From Ascidiella aspersa (lineage: Eukaryota): a stretch of 64,000 nucleotides of DNA. The notes under the pieces were generated by a model that saw only the letters and a list, made by a program, of their open reading frames with translations, was not told the origin of the DNA and did not search any database. Position numbers and translations under genes: made by a program. The DNA is taken from assembly GCA_963924565.1 (NCBI GenBank), contig OZ004607.1, forward strand, positions 23,622,001 through 23,686,000, in the 5' to 3' direction. Shown here piece after piece: positions 23,701 to 35,800 of the stretch (the stretch's first letter is position 1; the number at the start of each line of letters is the position of its first letter).

Positions 23701-26700
23701 TTTTAAGCCATACACAAGTGTTCGGTACTTTAGCATAATGTTTGCTTAATCTTACATAACTCTGCTATCAAACGTCTGGCAGATACATTTTTGTGTAGAT
23801 TATTGGTTGTTAATCTGGGGGTCTCGGTGTTCGCCGTGTACTATTTGCTAAACAAAAATTAACAAGAAAAGACAAGCAACATAAATATTTAGAAGTAGAA
23901 GGATTAGCAACAACCACCAGTCTAACAATTAATTTTGAGACACTCGATGGGGGAGAATTTTTTGTACTAATATATTTTTTCCGTTCTAGTGCTAATACCG
24001 TTTTTTGTTTGTTTTTCTCAGGGTTTAACTCATTGGCGTATCCAGGGGATTAGGGGGTTCGGATCTCCCTTTTTGTAAGTGCTATTATTACTTTTTGTTC
24101 GCTTTTGTCAGTATTCAACTCACTGTCCAAAGCGGCAACGTTTTGGAATATAATTAGGTCACGCGTCTTAAGATGATGCGAAACCAAAACAAACGTAGAA
24201 CATAAACGCCATCTTTAATCTCTTCTTTGCATCTGGGTCGACCGTAGACGCCGGATATTTTTTCTCTGTGGCATTTTTCTATTTGTTCAGGTTGGCTGAT
24301 CGACAAGTGTGTATTCGACACATCAGAGAATAGAAAAGTTAAATCTGTACGCAGAAAGAATTTTTCAATGAAAAAGGAGTTATTGTTCCCAGAGTAAAAA
24401 AGGACAGTACGCGATTGACAACAATAAATCAAGCCTTCTTTCTTTTTTTTCGTTAAAACGTCCAGTTAGGCGCAGTTAGTGTTTCTGGCTTTTCTCTGTC
24501 TGCCCTATAATCCGGTGTTGTTTTAACAACAGCATTTTTTTAACTGAAACAAATTATCCGAGAATATGGTCTGTGTTCTGACTATCGTGGGCGTATTTTA
24601 ATTTTATCTTAACAGCAGCTTGGATTTTAGCTAACTTGACACACATATGCGATGCATATGTTGCGATAATCGTGGCATAATCACAACCGGGGAAAAAAGC
24701 GTATTTTCATTTTATGTCAACCGCAGCTTGGATTTTTAGCTAACTTCACACACATATGCGATGCATATGTTGCGATAATCGTGGCATAATCACAACCGGG
24801 GAAAATATTTTCGTTTCGTTTTGCAGGTGGTGAAAGGTGTGCTTTTAGTTTAACGTGGTCCGAAATGGAACTTTAGAAACTGCTTTTGATAGTGGAGTTG
24901 TGTATGCACCAAAATCAATCAAACATATTTCGCGCACTAAACAATTTCGCAGCTGGTGCCTGACGTGTAGGCGGGTGTTGCTCTTCGGGCGGATATCAAT
25001 TAAATCAACACATTTGAATGTTTCAAAACTTTAAAACATCCATAAATCTTGATAACTGTCTGATTGCCAGTTTTTGCTATCTACATGGGTGTATTTGAAC
25101 AATGAGTATGTAAAAACAATAAATGGTAAATAAATCGAAAAAAAAGTTAAAATTTGGCGACTTTTTGAGAACCTTTATACTAACCATAGAAAGTTTGGAA
25201 TCCTCTGTTCCACGGCAAATATTCGTTCTTGTAAAATCCCAAATGCCACTTTCCCACCATATGCGTCCGGTAACCGCATTTGCGCAATTGCTGCGGCAAG
25301 ATCACGTTGTCAAGAGGCAAGGCATTGGGTTGTCGTCCTTTTATGACGCCGTGCGACAATCCTGTGTGAATCTGCAAACAGTGTTTTCGCTGAAGAATAA
25401 ATACACTAGCGAACTCTTAAATATGTGCGAGTGGTTTACAGACTAATAGTTGCTAAGCGCAAAAAAATGCGTTTATTTTATGTAAACTGCATAGTATTGA
25501 ATTAGTATGCATGGCGCCTTTTTAAAAATAATATATTTAAAACTGTCTAAAACATACTGTAAAATCGATAAGTTCGCGTGAATCGCGAATTGTTTTTTTT
25601 TGCATAGAAAAAAGTTCGTAAAAAAATATTTTTTGGGCATGTATTGGTGCAACCTCCCCTAAATTTTACTTTGATAAGAAACTCATCAGGGAACTGGCTC
25701 TGCGAGCTTTTTCACTTTAATGAAGCAACGATCCGGTTGAAATTCCCACCACTTCCATGTCCACCTATATACCTAACCCTTATATATTTCGTCTAGCCTA
25801 CATATTTACCCCCTAGAAACTTTTGGTAATTTTTGAAAATAAGTTATTTGTATTAGCAATAGGCATACACGCGGGCACTTTAGACATAAATACGCGCCAC
25901 CCATTACAAATTAATCAGACTGAGACATTTACATGTAGTTTCTCGTGTGTTAAGGACGATTGTAAAATTACTCTATTGTTGTTCTGTTAAAAGTATGTCG
26001 CGAAATATTTAAGATATGTTTAGTGTGCCGAGAGCCAACAAAGTTTGGGAACCACTGCCCTAGATTTATTGAAAAATATAAAAAATTGTGGAATAACTTT
26101 AGCACTATTGTAGACTGTTTTTAAATACCTCATATCTACCACTCATCAGTTGACTTCTTGACGGGGAACAAATTGGCTGGACATAGTATTTATCCAAAAT
26201 AACTCCATTTTCTAAAATTACATACAATCGTTTAACAATTACTCTTATTAGCAAAACAACATAAGACGTGGATAACAGAGACTTCAAAAAGTAGAAATAA
26301 TAATGTGATGCAACCTAATCTAACCAAAATCTGTTCAAATAACTACTAGACAGTTTTATTACTCTTTCTTATGGAGTCGCCGGGTTTTTCTGAAAGTTAC
26401 TGTTTAATATTTTTACTGATCAGGTTATGGCTTTAATAACCGAAATTGGCGCTATAATTTTTTACAGCCAATCTTACTTGCTAAGATGTCCAAATATGGA
26501 GTTTGCATTTGCGAATGGTGTGATCTGGCATTGTAACCGATGTCGTTGTAGCCGTAGTCATCGGCCATGACAAATACCACATGAGGACGACGCGTCGATT
26601 CCTTTCGCCGTCTTTTTCGCCACCTCTTATCCCCGCCCTTACAGGAGACGCGATAAAAAAGACTTAAAGTGGCGAAAAACACAAATATCCTGACGCTAAC

Positions 26701-26709
26701 TATGTTCAT
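20797..26709 (-). CDS. Arylsulfatase, ARSB/ARSI/ARSJ family (~576 aa, 10 exons)
   Basis: Exons 26709-26478, 26211-26129, 25371-25185, 23672-23473, 23128-23031, 22872-22763, 22608-22359, 22062-21911, 21419-21265, 21060-20797 join in frame (1731 nt). Motifs: signal peptide, [12 protein letters not shown], formylglycine signature [56 protein letters not shown]. Confidence 0.95.
24590..24805. repeat. Tandem duplication, two ~108-bp units
   Basis: gcagcttggatttt(t)agctaactt.acacacatatgcgatgcatatgttgcgataatcgtggcataatcacaaccggggaaaa occurs twice, nearly identical, in a sulfatase intron. Confidence 0.9.
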
Positions 26710-27439
26710 CTGTCACAAAAAGAAAAAGGTTGAAATACCCTTTTCAAATGACACAAGTTATAAGCGCAGTGCAATCCCAACCAGGTAGATATTATAAATA
26801 AAACAATGAACCACACATAAGTCCTGAAATCAATGATGATTAAGTAAGGTTATAAACACAATATAACTTTCGGATTTACAAAAAAATGGTACTTTACTGG
26901 CTTGCCTTAGCAACAAGAAAATAGTATTTTGTGGTCAAAACTATAACAAGTCTCGCCACTCAACCAAACCTAAACACCTTTCTAAAACCCTGGCATGGGT
27001 GGTTCTCCCAATAAAGGGTCAAAGACGGGGGTGTGAAAGTGCGCATGTTCAAATAACGCCACAAAAATGTAAAAATGAGCATTTACCAACAGACGCTCAG
27101 GAAAGGGCTGCGCTGTTTGAGTGTTTAAGACCCAGAATTATGACGGTGGTTTGTAATCCCAGCGAGTTATTCGTTCCGCCAACAAACACAATTTTATGTG
27201 ACAAAAGTCGCAGGATTTCTGATGTTCCCATGCCTAATTTTGCCTTTTTGATGTACCAAGGTGTCGACAATTCATAGGAATTCTTTCTATTTATGTCACC
27301 ACTTTAATCCAGAATACAAAACACAAATTCTTTGAGAAATTTGCTAAACAAGTAGCGACTTCGCCATCAGTCTTTTAGGACTACAGTATCTGTTTGACTG
27401 AACAAGGTATGTTATTTTTTTAAATTTACCATAATCCCG

Positions 27440-27578
27440 ATACGCCGTCTCAAATAGGACCACAAATCCGGTGCCAAAACAGCGGCGCCCTAACGGCGCC
27501 GGTCAAACTAGGGCGTCAAAACGTAGTCACCAAAACGGCCGATGCCAGTCTGACGGCCCCCAAATGTCACAAACCCCC
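27440..27578. mobile_element. DNA-transposon end with ~15-bp GC-rich subterminal repeats
   Basis: Repeated gcgcc/gtc..aaac(g)gc units ending ccccaaatgtcacaaacccc; only one end seen. Confidence 0.45.
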
Positions 27579-30500
27579 TATTACAGTTTCATGCGTTATT
27601 TTGGCCATTTAGACCTAATTCCAGTTTATTTTGGACGTATTCCGGAAGATTTAGGTCTTATTCAGACGATTTCACTCTTATTTTGTTCTGGATATTACTG
27701 CGTATTTGGCTGTATTATGTCGTTGGCTTTAATGCTATGGTTTTATAGATTTTTCTGCTTTAGGTATTGTTGCGTTTTAGGTTTTATTGTTTGTTCCCGA
27801 TTTTAAGCTGGTCGGTACAATGTTTAATTAACTGCCGTGCAATATAAACACTAACAGCTGTGCTTTGGGATCAACGATTAACCTAAATGGATTCTTACAG
27901 CAAGTATTTTTTCGGGCCTAACATTTGCTTTTAAAGCTACTGTGTTTTTTTTTAATTTTTAAATCAAAAAACACCAAATAGCTCCAATATGTAACGCGAC
28001 ACTGCGGTAGAAGTGACTCAACGATGAAAGAGAGTTTAAATTCCGACGGTGATGAACAAATTAAGCAAATCGAATATTTTCACTGGAATGAAAAACAAAT
28101 CACTGCTACAACGCAACAGTGTAACAGAACAAAGATACAAATAGGTAGTTTAAGGTGAGAAACAAACGTTTGAGAACACTAGCCTGAAATACGTTTCCAA
28201 ACTGTTATCTTTTGGAGCTGGTTCCCGTACCTTGGTCACGCGGCTATTCATCCATAAACTAGGTATTTTTTCTTTCTCTTGTTTACCAAGTTTAATATTC
28301 ATCCATGTGTGCTGTGTTTACAATTGGTAAACATAAAGGCTTTTATCCAAGACATATAACAGTGACATGTTTGTAAAACAAAATTTCGCGTTATCACCAC
28401 TCAGCGGAAGAGCACTTCCGACAAAAATTTAAAAGATCATTGTTTGTGTTAGTACATCTCTGGCTATCCATCGCGGTTAAAACAACCTAGATATTTTTTT
28501 TCGGAAAATATTCTGTCATTGAGAACTTCCCAAACTGAGGGTCACGAAAAAAAAACGTATTTGATGACCGTGGACATTAAGTGAACAACAGCAAGAATGG
28601 ATTTGAAATTAAACAGTCATATACGGCAAAGTATTGCTTGGCGATTTAATTAAGCCAAAACCAGAGATTACCGTGTGTGTGCAAATGCAACTAATTCGTC
28701 ATGAACTTGGGTAAAATAGAGGTAATTGAACAACTTACAACTTCTAGTTACTGCTTGCATTATACGTTTTCCTTACAAAAAATATCGACTTTAGAAAAAT
28801 TACTTTACACTTCTTTAATATATACATATAAATAATATACAGTAGGAATTCCGATTCTTCGTTTTTTATTTCGAATATGTAAACCAATAATTCGACAAAA
28901 GTATACGGCTGTCCAACCTGATACCGAACGATATCAATACTTTGGTCAAATGAGAGCTAAATTAAATTTCAAAGTAAAAATGCAATATTTCATAGTATAT
29001 TGTAGCAAAAAATCTGGTTGAGCGATAGAAAGCTTGGACCGTCAATTAAAAATTTACTTTTTTCTTCAAAAATAACAATAAAGGTTAAAAGTTCCGCTTA
29101 AGTTTGCGAAACTTTACTAAAAATCAGTTTGCTCTCGAAACAACATCGATAATATGTGGTCAGTACCTATAATACTAAATGCATAGTTTACGATGCCGCA
29201 TCGCCTCAGCAAACATACCTTTTTGGTTAAAAAATTATAACACCTATTCTGATATTGAGCTGATCTTATTTTTATCTCAAATTAATTCCATTTTCTGAAC
29301 AAACTATTTCATAATATTCATGTAATGTGACGGCTCGTCCGAGATTTGTTCCTGTCAATCTCAATATAGATTACGTAAAATATTAAAATGATTTTGTATG
29401 CCGTTCTCTAAATTTTTTAACATCTAAATTTCTGGAAGAAAGTCTACTGTTAGCCAGCATACGCTTTTATATTCAAATTTATAAGAGTAAGTGTGTTAAC
29501 TCCACAAGATTTGCTTTCTATGTTTTAAATAAGTGACCTTAGTGGACATCACTACTAACCCTGGGTAACTTTTACCAATAAATTTTGAGCAAAGTTCGAT
29601 GTCACAGCAACACCGATACCGCAGCATCATCCGACCGTAAAATTATACCCGTAAACACAAGGTCGTGAACATGGTATGCCACTGTTCGCTTCATTACGCT
29701 GGATGACATACACTTCGCTGTTATTTATGAACAAATACCGCTTGTATCAATATATATCAATACACTATACCTGACCTGTGATCATACTAGTCTCTTGTTC
29801 ATCAGATCAACGTTTTTCGTTTATCCCTACATTTTTAGAGTTGTTTTCAGCAATTGAAAGTCCTTTTAAAGTTGTTTTCAGCCATCGGTTATCAATTTGC
29901 AATTTAACACATAACATTCTGGCCTGTTTTAATTATTTTGTGCTTGGCTGCGACAACCGAATGAACGAGAAGAAAGAAAGAAAAAAAGCCGTCTAAACGC
30001 AAACTCAAATGTCACGCTTCGGCGCGCACGGGTAAAGTCGGTCAGAAACGTCAGCTGCGAGACAGTTGTCAGCTCGGGCGTGAAAACTACAACGGCCAGA
30101 ATATAACAAATAATATAACGAATTATTGATTCGTTGTAAAATCTTTTCCCAATCTTCCCAATTTACGTTTAATTTTGTTCAAACCATCAGCTTTATGTAC
30201 ATTTTCCAATTTTATCAGCAAATCTTCAAGGAAAAAACGTTGCAGAGACAACGCTTTGCCGTCAGACGAAGAAAAGCACACTGTCGCCAAATTTTCAAAC
30301 GCGCTTGGGATTTAGCGTTAATCTTAGGATTAAGGTCTATGAAACCATGAAAACGAAACATTTGCAATAGTCGCAATACTTTTATAAACCGCCAGGAAAT
30401 AAAACCAACTTAGCAGTACACCTAACAAGAAAGAGGTATGTTTAACATGCCCTTATCGTGTTTACCTATGGTTATAATATGTATCAACATAAACCAAAAA

Positions 30501-30671
30501 TAATTAATATTAATATTTTAATAATCAGATGCTATTTTTAAAATCAAAGTTTCGCACAGTTGTTGGTATGATGGAAAACCTCTACATCAGACAGATTTGT
30601 ATATCGCACATTCGAATTAATTAACTCCACAGTTACATGACTACACGTATCGTATGTCGTATGTGCTACAC

Positions 30672-31072
30672 CAGTGTTTCTTAAACTGGTGAATGGTTCA
30701 CCCAAGGGTGAATAAATTTTTTGCAGAGATGAACCAACCAAAAGGGGTGAATAAGGGTGAACCGTCAGAAATGGATTATAGCTCTACAGTAAATCGACTA
30801 CTGAACTGTTGTTTTTTGGTGTTTGCAAGTATAAAAATTTGGTGAAAGTGTTTTGTGCTTTTGTAGCTTTATATTTCTGGACACGATAAATTGTAGATTT
30901 GCAATGGTAAAACTTAGCTTGCGTACAAAAATCGAAACAAACTAAGTCATTTAGTGCTGTTATATAAAGACGAGATAGTTTTATCATATGATGAGACAAG
31001 GTTGAATGAAATCTGGAGATAGATGCTAGGGGTGAACAAAACTAAAAAAGTTGCACTATGCTGCACCACTGG
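30672..31072. mobile_element. Degenerate hAT-Charlie-type MITE
   Basis: Starts cagtgtttcttaaact, has repeated gggtgaa motifs near both ends and ends ..caccactg; no clean TSD. Confidence 0.5.
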
Positions 31073-31807
31073 TTCTCAAAGGGAGTCATCTCCGTAGACA
31101 ACAGGCTGGTCCAAATGAATTTACTGGATTCCTGAGGTTTTCCACGATACATGACAAAACATTTTTTTCAACATGTATACAACATAAATGATTTAGGTAG
31201 TGGGAACAAATTATAAAATAAATTAGATCATATCTAGACGATCGCACGTAACTGGGGTTTCTAATTTCTAAGGTGTTGGTTTCCGATGTGCTTTGTTTGA
31301 AAGTATTTGCTGGTCTCAGTTTTATGTCGAACCGTTTTAGCTCAAGTTGCTTTGTGCACATCGCAAAATTCTGCGGTCGCTTGAACTAATAGATCTTTGG
31401 CAATAGCATTTCGAATTTCGCGTATGTATTGTCTGAATAGTAACATTTCCTACCTCAGACAAAAAATGCCTGATTTAAGTTCTAAAATATGCGGTATTGT
31501 GTAGCGCTTATCAAATTTCCATCTTGCGAATAATACTGTCCCAGTGTCGCATCATATGAAACTCTGGTTTCTAAAGACGTGACACAACAACGTTTTTTTT
31601 TTCTAAAATGATTTAATAAAAAAGTTGAAAGCTAGAGGCAAAATAAATGTTTTTTAAGCGTTCACGGCAGAGGTATCAAGTAGGCATGATATTATTCAAA
31701 ATCATTGTTATAACTGAATTTTATTAATTATAGCTTAAAATAATTAGGTTAAAGTTTATGTTGCGACTTAATTTTCCAAAAAAAGTAATAACCTATTTGA
31801 TTGCAAT

Positions 31808-32030
31808 CATGGGTTATAGCTTATAGATACATAATATATTTGACGTTGGTGGCTTTAATGCAAATCACTCGTTTCAAATATGTTCGTTTTTCAATAAAAG
31901 GTAATTTTATACCATTGACCCTTGGTGAAATTAAAACCTACTTCTGTTGCTTATATGAACACTTCGATAAAATACGGTAGTCAAACTTATTCAATCTGTA
32001 TATATTACAAATTTAACACCGAAAAAATAA
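31808..32030. repeat. Dispersed ~200-bp repeat (second copy 34102-34303)
   Basis: Colinear match cgttggtggctt.a.tgcaaat.actcgtt.caaatatgttc.tttttcaa..aaggtaattttat..cttggtga..tgtatatattacaaattta.caccgaaaaaa. Confidence 0.85.
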
Positions 32031-32890
32031 GTAAGTAGTGTGATTTTTTAGTTAGTAGGTAAAGACAAAAAATACTTATCTAAGCTTTATTGGTGAATAT
32101 CGCGTGATTGATAAAAAAGACAAAATAAGCGAACAGTGAAATAAAAAATTGTGTCCATAAAGGTTAAAATACCAATTTCATAATACAGCAAAAATGGTTA
32201 AAATATTTTCAGTAATTCGCTGATATCAAGTTACGTAGATTGTGGTGCATAAAAACATATATAATGGTGCATATTTACAAGCTATAAGCGAGTACAGAAC
32301 AACTATTACGTTGCATTATATTACAAAAATAAAAAAATAAATGTACATTGCTTAGAGTTAATGTTTTTTTAAAAGAATGGCACTAAATCTTTGGTATTTT
32401 GGAGAGCCACAACTCGATTTGATCATAAAAAAAATATCTTTCGATAGTTCCCTGATGCACCTAACGATACTAGACAGCCAACATACTATACAAAGCTGAG
32501 GTCAATCAATCAATCAATCCATCAATCATAAAAAAGTACCAAAAATACAGTGATTTAGTACAACAAAATCTCTACGGAAGTGTAAGTGCAGAGCTGTGCT
32601 GTACACGATGCTTGTGCTCGCGTATACATGGATATCTACGTGAAAACTTATACAGGTACAACTTAGCGTAAAAATAACAGTTAAACAGCGCTTATAGCCA
32701 TAACAAAGCAAATACGAAATAAATGAGTGAATAACAGAGAGCCGTTAAACAAAGTCATTCCTACCAAATATAACTGGACGCAATGAACTCATGACCGATA
32801 GGTAAATAATATAAACAAATACTACAGCAACTGCATTTACACTTGGAATGCATACAACTTATTTTATTTTACCCGAGAAACGTCGCGTTT

Positions 32891-35800
32891 TCAGTTGACG
32901 CTGCTGAGTATGACGTCACGATAGAGCTGACTGGCCTTCTTGTTGCCGATCCACTCGCGACAGAGAAAGTTCCAGGATTGTCCGGAAGAGTTACTACGAA
33001 CGACCACGCGATCGCACAACCAATCAGCGTTGAAGCCGGAGTCGTCACTCTCCAATCGAATCTGAAGTGGTTTATTAAAAATAAAAAGTAAAAATAAAAC
33101 GTAAAACCTCGTAAATTATTAAAATATCAAGCAAAAGAAGGTGAAAGTTGTAATCAGGGCATTTAAAATAATACCAAAACAAAAATTATCGCTCCAGGTA
33201 ATAATTATCGCTCCAAATTAATCGTATTATACAAAACACGCGGCGAGTATACTGACATAAATCTGCACACAGTAAGTTACCTTAGTTAGGTCGCCGAGAT
33301 CGAGTACTTCGAGTTGAAACTTGTCGGTTTGGTTTCGTTCAAATAAGTCGCGGAACCTCTGCTTGAGAGGACGCTTGCCCGAATCGCCGTTGGTGCCGTA
33401 CAAAGTGATCCAGATGTTGGCGTCCGTACCCGCTCCTTCAAGGGACAATATAAGGGGTAATAATGAGTATTTCTTTGCGTTTAGCGTTTCGAAAAGAATT
33501 CACTTAGAATCCATGATAACATGACGCACGATTAAGAATATTGGGGCACGCGTGTTAGTGTGTGATAATAAAAGTAGGAAACGACAAAAACACTTTATAA
33601 CGTTTATTTTTTATGTATATTTGTAAACGCCAAGGTGGCTTGATAACCCAACATCAACACTTAACGATGTCATATAAAAACTTACACAGCACCGATAGAA
33701 ACACATAAACGGAACGAACAAATTTTATTTTGACAGTTACACCTAGAAGAAACGTGGTGTTTATATTACTGCTAAAAAACGCGTCTTTTTTGTTGTATAG
33801 TATTTACTAAAAAGAGAAATTTTATATATTGAACTATTGGTATACCATTACCTTTCTCATCAGCTGTGACAACTGTGACGTCATATTTCACAGGAGTCAA
33901 ACTCGCGATAGACACGGCGCGTCCCCTGGTTGAGGAAGCCTCGAAAGACCGTCCATTCGTGTCGTTTCCGTCGGCATTGCTTACCCAGGCGTTGCAAGTA
34001 AATGCATACTGGACATCCGAGGATGTTTCCACTGTGATATCACTCACATGCCATCGGTCCATTTCTAAAGGTAAGATATAATTCTGGCGATTAGGATAAA
34101 TCATGGGTTATTTGGCGTTGGTGGCTTCATTGCAAATTACTCGTTACAAATATGTTCATTTTTCAAAAATAAGGTAATTTTATTCTATCGACTCTTGGTG
34201 AGTCTAATACATATTTCTATTGCTAATGTAACGGTTCTCTAAAATATGGCAATCAAACTTCCTCAGTGTGTATATATTACAAATTTATCACCGAAAAAAA
34301 TAGTGTACAGCCAAAAGAATCAGACGGATACCATTCTCATATTTACATCTATAGATTCAATATTATTTGTAACTGACCCACTAAGCCCAGGGAAATCTGC
34401 TGCAGGGCACCGACGTCCTTCGATTCTAGTTTGAACGTTGCAGTTTGTCCGCGCGCCAACACCCGCCTCTTACCGCTTCCGTTCTCGAGTCTCAGTTTGC
34501 GCGATTTCGTGCCCGACTTTCCGTGCAGCACGATCCACGCGTCACTAGATGGCGCCGCGTCGCGTTTGTCAGAAGTGCCGATGGTGACCGTGTACGTCTG
34601 GCGGCCTTTTGGGCTTCCGGCGCCTGGGGGTGCAGGGTTATCCGGTAAATTTTTGTAACGCACCCTATTTTTATGCATTGCCCTTCTACTCCGATATGGG
34701 TTTCATAGGACACATTTTATACGCATGTCCCAGTTTAACCACTGAGACACGTGTCTGAAATAAATCGAAGCTTGCAAAAGTATGTTTATGAAAGTACTTT
34801 TTGCTCTTTTTTCTACGTAGAGTAACAATATTACGACAAAATGATTCGCATTGCTAAAAACGATGATAATTCTACGTTTGTTTTTAAGTAACGCCGAGGT
34901 GTGTTTAACGATGAACTTTTTTATTTTTCATACCATCAACAACATCCTGGGCGCAAGTCAATTCCCTCAAAATCTGCTTGTCGTCCTCATCATCTGCCAG
35001 CCATCTGTTACATTGGAACATCCAACTCTGCTTCTTTTCCTCGTTTACAACCTCGACATATTCCAAGTGCCAACCTACATGCCAAAAAGGGTATATTTAA
35101 CTTTATCAAAACTTAAGCCAAATCATTACTATTTACGTTTTCGAAACGTAGTCGAAATGAAAAGCTGGGTTTTTTCAAGGTTCAGTTATCGTTCGTTTTA
35201 CAATTCTGCATATAAGATACCATATGTATAAAATGATAGAAACTAGCGTTTGTACAAGGGTAAGGTTAAGTTATCGAGGAAGGCGTTTTTTGCACGTGTT
35301 TTTGTAAGTTCCAATTATTATAAAAAACGAAATAGAGTCAAAACTAAAGAGTCCTAAATCGGATATTGGGCTCTGGATTTTAACTTATTAAATATTTAAA
35401 ACCAAAACAAACAATTCGAGCTGACCTGCCCCAAAACCTTTGGAATCGTGCCAAATCCTAAGCTTGTGCAACTGTCCGATGTCCAGCTTATCTCTGAAGG
35501 TAAATGTGTCAACTTCGTTTTTTTCGAACTTCGCTTTCTTTGAGTCCGATTCGTTTAGAGCCAGTTCGCCAGTGTCACCTTTCTCGCCTGTAAGAGCGAA
35601 ACACGATCATGACGTTTTTTTTATATACAACGTAGACATGTATTAAAAACAATTTATAATAATCGATAATCAGCAATTTTTATATGCTAAAAATTGCTTT
35701 ACAACAGAAAATTTTGGATTAGCCCCTCGGGCCAATTATTTTGAAAAGCGGCCTATAAGAAAAGTGTTTGTCAATAAAACAATAAAAGAACGAAAAAAAA

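Noticed and set aside
24154-24432. 92-aa intronic ORF as a transposase or extra sulfatase exon
   Set aside because: No recognisable motif, and the flanking sulfatase exons join in frame without it.
24590-24805. CRISPR-like repeat array
   Set aside because: Only two abutting ~108-bp units with no spacers, in a eukaryotic intron; a simple tandem duplication.
22480-25446. Plus-strand ORFs over sulfatase exons (22480, 23476, 25123)
   Set aside because: Antisense shadows of real minus-strand exons.
31086-31570. Possible extra minus-strand coding exon downstream of LOXHD1
   Set aside because: All three frames stop soon after the candidate acceptor and no motif was recognised.
26709-32891. LOXHD1-sulfatase operon
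   Set aside because: Same strand, but ~6 kb apart with repeats and a promoter-like patch in between; ascidian operon genes normally abut.
34641-34650. Apparent non-canonical CGG acceptor in LOXHD1
   Set aside because: A canonical phase-1 acceptor (cccccag|gc) exists ~18 nt further on and keeps the frame.
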